From positions 6,882,001 through 6,946,000 of the forward strand of contig CM035359.1 in the NCBI GenBank assembly GCA_020137815.1: a stretch of DNA of 64,000 nt. Reading direction: 5' to 3'. Shown in pieces: positions 54,415 to 64,000 of the stretch. The notes beneath the pieces are model-generated. The model made no database searches. It saw nothing but the letters and a program-made list of their open reading frames with translations, and was not told where the DNA came from. Made by a program: the position numbers and the translations under genes. The DNA is from Hormiphora californensis. Lineage: Eukaryota > Animalia > Ctenophora. Numbering within the stretch: position 1 is the stretch's first letter; every line of letters begins with the position of its first letter.

Positions 54415-55669
54415 ACTTCAAGTTAGGACGATATAGTGGTAATTGGAACATTCCGTGAACCTGTCATCAGCCGAAACACGTGTTTGGTTGAGATAGAGAA
54501 ATGGGAGTTTCAAAGCACGCACAACTCTCCTTTTCCCACTAACTCAGTTGCTTTCCTTTCCTGTCAAATTTGTCTCACTGTCGGCAGTAACAACTTGAGA
54601 GCTAACACCGGTTTCAGGATTTCTATGTGTAATCTAAGCTTTTTCACTGCTACAATTAAATATAGTTCATGTCTACAATTCTGTTCTTATAATTATATTC
54701 TTCAACACACAGAGAGGAGCAAGATTCATTATTTTGTTTTGTGAGGAATGGAGAATGTTATTTTTTGTCACAGTGGCTGTAACTAGAACTGTGTAACTAA
54801 ATAAATGGAAATTACATACAGGTGACACATCGTATGTGGGAGCATTCAATGAGCCGTAACCACTGATCATCTTTCCTTCTCTCTCCATCTCTCTCTCCCT
54901 CTCTCATTCCCTCTATCGCTGTCTCATCTCTGTCTCATCCGATATTTGATTGAGCTCGAGTGATGAAGATTAACAGATGACCAATAACCACTCGCCGACA
55001 CATGCCTGCCACCTGCCAGAAAGGGACCCCAACCGTGTCAGAGAGTCACCTACCTTTGACCTTTACCGCACCTCCGCCTAATATATTAGCCTAATATATG
55101 AAGACCTTTCACCTTCGGGACCCTCTTACTATGCCGATCTAATACATAATCCACTTGAAGGAGAGAGTGACATGAGTTCAACTGATTTCCTTTGCTGTCC
55201 GGGACTCATAGGAGTCAGGTAGCCTTGCTAGAAAAGTTACCACTTATAGCTCTGTCTCTGAGACTGTCGCGTTATATATAACGCGGTCCATTTCACCCTA
55301 CCAATATTGTGACTGTATGGATAGCGATCAATCTTCATCAATTGGAGTACTGATTAGCTAGTACTGCCTACAATTGTTAGAAGCCATGTCATTCGTTTTC
55401 ATATTGGTGGCATTGGTTTTCAATTCTCTGCCTCTATATCTCCCCCCTGTGGCCTGTATCTCTCTTTCTTACTATATCTCTTGTTAACCTGTATCTCTGG
55501 TGTTTGCTCGCTCTCTTTCCTCCCTGCATCTCTCTCTACAGCTCAGTAAACTGTTCAACCAATTGACAGATGTGTGACGTGTATTCTGGAGCTCTTTCTG
55601 TGTGATATACGCAGCTGTTATACAATAAGTTAGGTATCAAGTACCACTTCATAGGTGCACTAGGGTGTG

Positions 55670-55731
<62 letters not shown>

Positions 55732-55737
55732 ACCCTA

Positions 55738-56340
55738 TAGTATCTTGTCCGGGTTGCCATGGTAACAGTTTGATATGGTAATGGCTGAAGAGGTATGCAT
55801 TGTTCTAGGGTTACTAATAGACAGGGTGATATCTCCCTCTATATTGCCCATTTATCACTCTCTCAATGACTGAGGTACTCTCCCTTTTTGGCCTAAAGAC
55901 TCGAGTCATTATTAGGTGTTATGCTGTTATAGTAGTTAGATATATATATGGTGTAGTACCGGGTAGTACTAATATGTTGTAGGTTGTAGGAGCTGCGGGA
56001 ATTATTAGAGCACTTTTTGAGCTTTTGTACCAGGCCCGATATCAAATTTATTAACGTTAATTTAGGACCCAGACTGCATCTTATAGATTCCCAGACTGCA
56101 TTTATAGATTCCCTTCCCGTTTATATATTGCTCATGAAGAGAATGAGAATCATCTTAACTCTTCAACTATTATAAATTATTCTCTGAATTTTCCTCCCAG
56201 TATAGCTGTACTAAAAGCTCCGAAGAATTACACCATCTCTCACTCTGACTCTGACTCTCTCTATCTCTCCTCTCTATGGCACCACACATATACAGGTGCA
56301 AGGCGGTGGCTAAGGATTATTACCAGTGTGTGCCAACTTC

Positions 56341-56416
<76 letters not shown>

Positions 56417-57388
56417 AAATACGGGAAAAGGGATAGATAAAGAGAATACATCCAACCTGTTTACCATTACGACGTTCTTTTGTACCCACTTTCTTGAGTT
56501 TTAGTAAAATCATTCACTTATATAAACCAACCATCACATAATCTTGATCAAAACTTTCTAATGACGTTCAAAACTTTTGTCTGGCTAGACTGTGTTTCGG
56601 GCGCCCCACGTACAAATGTAAAGGGAGGGTTAGAACATAACAACAAAACTTTGTAGTACGCAAAATTTTTAGATCCATACCAGTTCAAAATCTTTGAGAC
56701 CAGTGAATTTTACAATCACTACGAAGCTTGACCGGTGAGGAAATCAACTTACTTTTCTGAAACAACAAATATCCAGGTGGCGCTAGTTTAGTATACTTGT
56801 CCGGGTTGCCATAGGTAAAACAGTTTGATATGGTAAGGGTTGAAAGAGGGTGCACTTGTTCTAGGGTTACTAATAGACAGGGTGATATCTCCCTCAATAG
56901 GCGCGAGCTATATTGCCCATTTATCACTCTCTCAATGACTGAGGTACTCTCCCTTTTTGGCCTAAAGACTCGAGTCATTATTAGGTGTTAAGCTGTTATA
57001 GTAGTTAGATATATATGGTGTAGTACCGGGTAGTACTAATATGTAGGTTGTAGGAGCTGCGGGAATTATTAGAGCACTTTTTGAGCTTTTGTACCAGGCC
57101 CGATATCAAATTTATTAATGACCCAGACTGCATCTTATAGATTCCCTTCCCGTTTATATATTGCTCATGAAGAGGATGAGAGGGTGAATCATCTTAACTC
57201 TTCAGCTATAAATTTTTCTCCGAATTTTCCTCCCAGTATAGCTGTACTAAAAGCTCCGAAGAATTACACCATCTCTGACTCTGACTCTCTCTCTCTCTCT
57301 CTCTAGCTCTCCTCTCTATGGCACCACACATATACAGGTGCAAGGCGGTGGCTAAGGATTATTACCAGTGTGTGCCAACTTCAGAGAA

Positions 57389-57487
<99 letters not shown>

Positions 57488-57856
57488 TACGGGAAAAGGG
57501 ATAGATAAAGAGAATACATCCAACCTGTTTACCATTACAACGTTCTTTTGTACCCACTTTCTTTCTTGAGTTTTAGTAAATCATTCACTTATAACCCACC
57601 ATCACATAATCTTGATCAAAACTTTCTAATGACGTTCAAAACTTTTGTCTGGCTAGACTGTGTTTCGGGCGCCCCGCGTACAAATGTAAAGGGAGGGTTA
57701 GAACATAACAACAAAACTTTGTAGTACGCAAAATTTTTAGATCCATACCAGTTCAAAATCTTTGAGACCAGTGAATTTTACAATCACTACGAAGCTTGAC
57801 CGGTGAGGAAATCAACTTACTTTTCCGAAACAACAAATATCCAGGTGGCGCTAGTT
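55738..57856. repeat. ~1.05-kb tandem duplication (55738-56788 / 56789-57856)
   Basis: Both copies run tagtat(a)cttgtccgggttgccat ... ccaggtggcgctagtt with small indels. Confidence 0.9.
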
Positions 57857-57888
57857 TCCCTAACGACAACAGAAAAATTGAAACTCCC

Positions 57889-57931
<43 letters not shown>

Positions 57932-58960
57932 TGTGTGAGAGAGAAATGAGAGAAGTAATCGGGAAGCGTGAAATCGTAACAAAATTCCCCCTCCGGCATC
58001 CAACAAAGTTTCCCCTCTCTTTCTGACTTATTCGATATTGTGCGATCTCAAGATCTTCTCGTCGTTCGTCTCTCTAGTATAACAACTTCTCTCTTACCAC
58101 ACTGTACACACCCTTTCGAAGAGGCCGTTCATTTGGACACATTCATCTTTGCCTAGCTAGACTGTGTAAAGGAGGGTTAGAACATAACACATTCATCTCG
58201 AGTCATGTAATTTTAGTAGTCGCGATAAGAAGCTTTATCTTAACAATTCTGTACCAGCCCCTTCAATCTTCATGATAGGTGAAGGGTGATTTAGGGAGAC
58301 ATCCATTGTTTTAAAATCGAGTTCTAAATTTTAGATTTCTGTTCCTACGAATTATTATTTAAATACTATAGTTCTATCAAAAGGGAATAACTTTTCTACT
58401 AATTCATTCCATATCAGCCTGTCGACACCTTCTGTTTTAGTTGTAGATTCAACCCCACACTAAAACAGACATTCAGCTTGCACTAGCAGGGTTTTGTATA
58501 AAATGTCAACAGCTTGGAAGCGGCTATTTTTTAGACCTTTTATTTTTGCCTTCCTACTTATTGGTGAAATATATTTATGTCATTATCTTGCTCTTTCTCC
58601 TTAGTACTGCTGGCGCTACTAATTCTTTTATTACTATGATAATTCTCACTGCACCTGATGGCTGCTGTAATCTAAAACCACAACTACAACCCTCAAATAT
58701 CACAGCACACTTTAATATTCATGCTCTACCTTTTATGAATATTATAATTCAATATCATTGGTTTTGTTTTATCGCAGCTCAGACGCTAATTTCTGAAATG
58801 GCTAATGTGATATTATGAATAATTCTCAGCAATTCTCAGCAATAGTCATTACTTATAGCGTCTACAGCCAAATCTATAACTGCTCAGAGCAGCGTGTGCG
58901 ATGTTACAATCAGTACCTGACAAACTGCTCCTTTATAAAACTAATCATCTTTCAGTAGCA

Positions 58961-60405
58961 ATGGCAGAACTAAACTGTACAGCGGGGAGTTTAATGAACT
59001 TTGTATGCCACCGTTCGGCTCTTGGCGTGTTTGTGTTTATTAATCTGCTTCTTGGCACGGGATGCCTCTTTCTCAATGGTAAGAAACTTGGTAACTTATT
59101 GCGATTATTCAGACTCCTGCCCCAAAAAACGATTCAAGATACTTGGCGATTTTTTATAGAGAGTTTATATACTTCCAACTCTGATCTAAAAGCTGATTCT
59201 CTCAGGAGTCAGACAGTTTCCAATGCTACTTTTAAAACAACTTTCTCTCAGGTGTTGTAATGAAGTACTTCATGTCAAAGTTAACCAGGAGGAGCAACCA
59301 CCAACGACAACACAGTGCTGACAATATAAACCACGTGCTTTATCTGGTGAGTGTAACAATGAGGAGGGTGTTTCCGTGGTCACATACTCCATTTTATGGT
59401 CTATCTTAGACGGATTGGACAAACAACACCTCTTTTTATATCTCCCTCTTTCAGGTTTTATCAGTGCTAGGTATTCTAATCTCGATCGGCTCCCTCTTCC
59501 ACTCCCTCATCTTCATCTTCACCATCTTCTACCACGAGTCTGTCCTCCGGATCCTAGTCCCGATATCCTACGCTCTTGTAATTGTCCCAACCTACGTCTC
59601 GGTAGTGACCTCCATTTGTCTGTCTGTGGTCCGGACTGTGAGTATAACTCATCCCCTCCTGAAGATTGACACTAACCTCGCCTTGGGGTGTATTGCTCTC
59701 TACGGAGTGGGGTGGGGCATCATCACGGCTATTGATCTCTACTATTGGTACTTCACTGAAGTGAGAAATCTCTCCTACTACTTCACGTTTATAAACCTCT
59801 CTGGCGGAGTTGGGTTGTTGACCTGGTTAGATGAACAAGGATGGCTACCAGAATACTTCCGCACTACACCCTCCCTAATTCCTGTGATCATCTGGGGTAT
59901 CCCCTGTGTCATTCCATCAATCATCTGTCTTACCTGCTGTGTCGTACAGGTTTACTCCCTGTGGAGTCGAACCAGGGTGGGACGTGATGAGATAAACAGG
60001 AGAATCACCATAACTATCCTGCTACTAACCGTCATCTTCATAATATGTAACAGTATTAGTTTCATATTTTGTATTAGTATGGTGATGTTACAGTGGGAGG
60101 GTAGTGTGGTATTCTTCCTTCTATACACCGCTACAAGCACCCTCCCCTTCACCAACACCTTCCTAAACCCGGTGATTCTCATTATCCGGGGTCAACAGTT
60201 GAAGAGGTACTTCGTGAGCTATGTTACTAAACGGACATTTGATATGAGCACTATGGTAAGCAATGGTGGAGGGGGTGGTGGTGGAGGAGGTGTAGGTAGA
60301 GGCGAGACTCATCTTCAACTACTGACTATACGGACGGAAGATAAACTTTCGATAAAGAACTCCCCCAAGTTTTCTAGCAAGGCATCCTCATCAAGACTAC
60401 TGTGA
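58961..60405 (+). CDS. Class A (rhodopsin-like) GPCR, 3 exons, ~387 aa, nested in a HYOU1 intron
   Basis: Exons 58961-59078, 59252-59346 and 59455-60405 are phase-consistent. The protein has 7 hydrophobic segments, TM1 GTGCLFLNG, TM3 end LSVVRTVSITHPL (DRY equivalent) and TM7 NTFLNPVIL. Confidence 0.88.
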
Positions 60406-60852
60406 ATACATGTGTGAATTATATGAGTGTGGTTGAATACTATCCAAGAACTGAAAACTATCATGACGTGTGGGATTATCTCTGTGTTTGATCTGTTGTA
60501 TACTATTCAACATATATATTAAACCCCCTGAAGTGTATTGTATTTTTCATGTCTTTGGTCCGGGACGCTATAAACCATCTACACCTGCCTACTAAATTAG
60601 AGCTAGATTGTGCAGTATTGTATGCAGCATGGGGGGGGGGGGATAAAACAATGACTGAAATGGGTAATTCAGAACCCCCGATTCTTTTTATAACAAAATA
60701 AAGTATGATCAGTACTTGTTGCAACAAGTACTATTACTGTTATACTAATTGGGGTGAACACTGGGTGAACACTGGGTGAACACAACAAATCATTATAACA
60801 TTGTTGAGTAAGGGCAGCGGTACTCGACAAATCATTACAACATGTGTCATAC

Positions 60853-62893
60853 CTGCAACGGCAGCCTCACGTCCCTTCATCTCCTTTACCCTGTTTATCA
60901 CTGGATCTGTGTAATCTTCCAGCTTAGCGAGCCTCTCATTGAACACCTGAAGAGAGGATGGGGGAGTGTTTGTTGAAGGAAATCACGTGTGCCGCGGGGT
61001 GATTGTCATGTAAAAATGTAATCTCTGATCCCACTCTCCAAAGAGAGAGAGCATCCAAAGCTAGAGTTTTCGACGGAGGATATGTAAGCTGCCAATGCTC
61101 TGACATCCGAGGAGGATCAATAGTTGACCGAAAACTTTATCTTGTATATATACAAGCAAGGAACATATTTTATTGCCTTTGCCACTGTCAGGCCAATGCT
61201 CTGACCACAGTTCTCGCGCGCTCCGCGTGCGAACTTATTTGAGAGAAATGAGAATAGGGTCAGGCCAATGCTCTGACAGCTTTGCCATGCCTCTATTTGT
61301 GATGATAAACAGATACACAATATTTAAAGTTAAACTCTAGCTCCCCACGTGTCGTCTAAACGCACAGATAGAGAGTTATAATAGTTGATATATATATCAG
61401 TTTCCTGTTCTTTAGAGTTAGAAAACTCCAAGAACTATAACTGCTGAATGTGGAATAAGTTTAAATCTTGGGCCAAGGCTTGCTGTAGTAGTGAGCTTCG
61501 TTGAACAATTATTATCCCATAATTACCTTGTAATTGTCGGTTCGAGCCCGGCCCTCGCCAGATATTTTTCTAGTTTCCTCCCTATTTAATCCTAATCAGA
61601 TCTCATTATAATAATTACCTTGTAAGATTCGCCCCAACTATCTTCCTCAATCCAGTTAGATTCCGCCTCCAGGGCTCCCTGAATCTTCTCCATTTCTTCA
61701 GCCGTACTGGCAGAGACATAAATATCTGGAGGGAGGGGATGAGTTATACTGGCAGAGACATAAATAGCTGGAGGGGAGGGGATGAGTTATACTGGCAGAG
61801 ACATAAATATCTGGAGGGGAGGGGATGAGTTATACTGGCAGAGACATAAATATCTGGAGGGGAGGGGATGAGTTATACTGGCAGAGACATAAATATCTGG
61901 AGGGGAGGGGATGAGTTATACTGGCAGAGACATAAATAGCTGGAGGGGAGAAAGTTGTGTACCCTACTAAAATATAGTTCGACGTGTCGCGACGCGCGAT
62001 CGATGAACGATCGATGAACGATCGATAAACGATCGATATCGATCGTTTATCGATCGTTCATCGATCGCGCGTCGCGACGCGTCGAACTATATTTTAGTAG
62101 GGTAGGTGAAAACTGAATATAATCGTAAAGCGTGAACGGGGGGGGGGGACCTAGGGTGATCGGGAGAAATGGGTTTTTGGGTAAAATGATCAGACACAAG
62201 TTTTCCACAGAATGATGGGTGGGAGGAGATGTGACGATATCTAGATGCTACCTGCAGATCAGCTGAAGTTTGTGTATATCTGCTGCAGATACATTAGAAA
62301 AACATTGAGTTCACACGTTATTTCCTTCTGCATAGGTTTAGCCTCTTTGTTTCGTGTCTTAATTCTTCTATTCAATGTTAATTCTTCTATTCATTGTTCA
62401 ATTATAGTCCTTCTATTGGTGAGATCTTACCGCGGTATAACTTATCCTAAATGTTGTGTTTTCGAAAGTGAATGGTTCATTTATTATCTAACGTATCCCC
62501 CTTTGCTAATTCTTATCTAGCTCTTCTACACGGTATCTATCGTATCTTATAATATCTTTCTATATCTCTCTATCGTATGTGGTACTGGTAGTGAACAAAA
62601 AAAGAATCTAACATAGCACTACATCAGATCTTTACGTGAACGAATCAGAATTGCTAAAATAGCAGAACTACAAGTCTGAACGAATCAGAATTGCTAAAAT
62701 AGCAGAACTACAAGTCTGAATTACTAAAATAGTATAATCTGAACTGTACCGGAAGTAAGACGATCCTTCATAGAGATCACAAACGACTCAAGCTTGTTCC
62801 TAGACTCTTCCGTTGCTCTCTTTTCATCGTCTATCTTTTGGAGTGCTGCCAGCTTTTCTCTGCTCACAGTCGTGTCACCAAGGTTGGGGATAC
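60853..62893 (-). CDS. HYOU1: HYOU1/GRP170, internal exons 62893-62750, 61725-61619, 60946-60853
   Basis: KLAALQKIDDEKRATEESRNKLESFVISMKDRLTS|DIYVSASTAEEMEKIQGALEAESNWIEEDSWGESYK|VFNERLAKLEDYTDPVINRVKEMKGR is the Hsp110/Grp170 helical lid. Phases 1/0/1 join to exon 50232. The gene continues beyond the window. Confidence 0.88.
61185..61279. mobile_element. 95-bp mini-MITE with 8-bp TSD ctttgcca
   Basis: ctttgcca|ctgtcaggccaatgctctgac...caggccaatgctctgacag|ctttgcca. Confidence 0.85.
61705..61949 (-). repeat. 43-bp minisatellite (6 copies) duplicating a HYOU1 intron/exon junction
   Basis: Minus-strand unit taactcatcccctcccctccag|atatttatgtctctgccagta. The last copy is the real acceptor at 61726. 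Confidence 0.92.
61962..62102. mobile_element. Palindromic TA-flanked MITE
   Basis: TA|ccctactaaaatatagttcgacg ... cgtcgaactatattttagtaggg|TA, with internal cgatcgat repeats. Confidence 0.85.
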
Positions 62894-62956
62894 CTGAAAA
62901 GGGGTGTAATAGGTTATATTGCAATCTAGAAGACTGAGAGAATTCCCTGCTTGGAT

Positions 62957-63033
62957 CTGTCAGGCCAATGCTCTGACCACAGTTCTCGCGCGAAATGAGA
63001 ATAGGGTCACCGGTCAGGCCAATGCTCTGACAG
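62957..63033. mobile_element. 77-bp mini-MITE with 8-bp TSD gcttggat (same family as 61185-61279)
   Basis: gcttggat|ctgtcaggccaatgctctgac...caggccaatgctctgacag|gcttggat. Confidence 0.85.
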
Positions 63034-63207
63034 GCTTGGATAAGCTTTAGAGAAATATAAGGCTTGAATTGGTCATATCTCTCTCTCTCTCCCTTTTGCT
63101 TCCCATCTCCTATAGTTTACTACACATGATTTATGACTAATGTCGACCGCTCTGTGTTACTTCCTGGTAAAATCATTCGAGCGAGAGGAATTAGAGATAA
63201 ATAGAGA

Positions 63208-63300
<93 letters not shown>

Positions 63301-63474
63301 GCGGTCGACAGAAGTCAGAATCGACAGCTTCGCTTTCCAGCCGCCATATTGTGACCTTGTTTTGTCGAAGTGTGACCTACTTAGTATTTTTACTCAAGAA
63401 AAGTTCTCTCTACAAGACGTTGAATTGTACATACACAGACTCAAACAGCACCCCTCAAGAACCAGATTTGGAAG

Positions 63475-63897
63475 ATGCCAGACGATAGTATGTGCAAAAA
63501 GGGGGAAGATCCCGAAAAGGGTGAAAAACAGTTTTATAGGTAACTCCTTGCATATCATTGAAACAAACCTTGTCATAACCTTTTCTAGCATACATTGTGT
63601 TTGAACAAGCAGTTTTGACAGCTGGTAGTGGTACATAAAACTTAGAAAGGGCCTAAAAATCTAAATCTAATTTCCCGTCATATTTTCAGTCACACAGATT
63701 TCGGTTCTGATCTTTATCAAGTGCTGGTGGTTGAACGAAACAAACGTCCTCTCATCTGCAAAATTCTATGGGTTGTTGTGTGTCTAGGATTCTTTGGGAC
63801 GTGCATCTACCTTGTTTACAACCTTCTTAATGAGTATTTCCAGTACAGCTCTTACGATAAGATCCAGACGAGCTTTAAATCGAACGAGACCCTTCCC
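63475..63897 (+). CDS. DEG/ENaC/ASIC-family channel, first two coding exons (partial)
   Basis: Exon 63475-63539 (MPDDSMCKKGEDPEKGEKQFYS) joins in phase 2 to the exon at 63690: HTDFGSDLYQVLVVERNKRPLICKILWVVVCLGFFGTCIYLVYNLLNEYFQYSSYDKIQTSFKSNETLP. This fits a DEG/ENaC TM1 (KILW..YFQY) followed by the start of the FPAVT-like segment. The 3' boundary is uncertain (possible GC donor gcaagt). Confidence 0.75.
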
Positions 63898-64000
63898 GCA
63901 AGTCAGTCTACCACGTAATAATTAATGTTTACCATAATAACCGTAGGGTTAACTCTAAAATAACAACACAGCCTGTTGATTTGTTCAATTCCTCCTGCCT

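Noticed and set aside
56579-56645. Possible Helitron 3' end (minus strand ...gggcgcccgaaacacagtCTAG), with related copies at ~25532, ~57650 and ~58157
   Set aside because: The repeat is real, but the 5' end and A|T insertion site could not be defined, so it is not classified.
55738-57856. 1-kb tandem duplication as a functional unit
   Set aside because: It has no coding content, and the indel pattern fits a haplotype or assembly duplication.
61538-61569. tRNA-like 3' half (ggttcgagccc...cca, then a T-run)
   Set aside because: No matching 5' half, D-arm or anticodon arm could be folded. At most it is a SINE remnant.

Overview
Eukaryotic, intron-rich animal DNA with many (GA)n microsatellites and MITEs. 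It is probably ctenophore, inferred from nested antisense genes, a divergent class-A GPCR and a DEG/ENaC gene; this is not verified. Five genes could be reconstructed by hand with phase-consistent GT-AG exons. (1) A minus-strand Sp17/SPA17-like gene (RIIa docking domain, IQ motif, about 38 copies of an 11-aa KPATPPPAAEA repeat) spans 5430-41805 with an apparent 34.4-kb intron. (2) A plus-strand ankyrin-repeat TRP channel (core 30202-40780, probably with more upstream exons) lies inside that intron. (3) The 3' part of minus-strand HYOU1/GRP170 (49074-62893) ends in KEEL. (4) A plus-strand class-A GPCR (58961-60405) lies inside a HYOU1 intron. (5) The start of a plus-strand DEG/ENaC gene (from 63475) probably lies in another HYOU1 intron. 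The most unusual pattern is that four unrelated minisatellites in three genes are tandem copies of an intron's own 3' splice-site elements, three of them including the first bases of the exon. A 630-bp element whose interior mirrors its own circular junction is also notable. Several stretches look like unpolished long-read sequence or haplotype duplications, and these probably explain the frameshifts.
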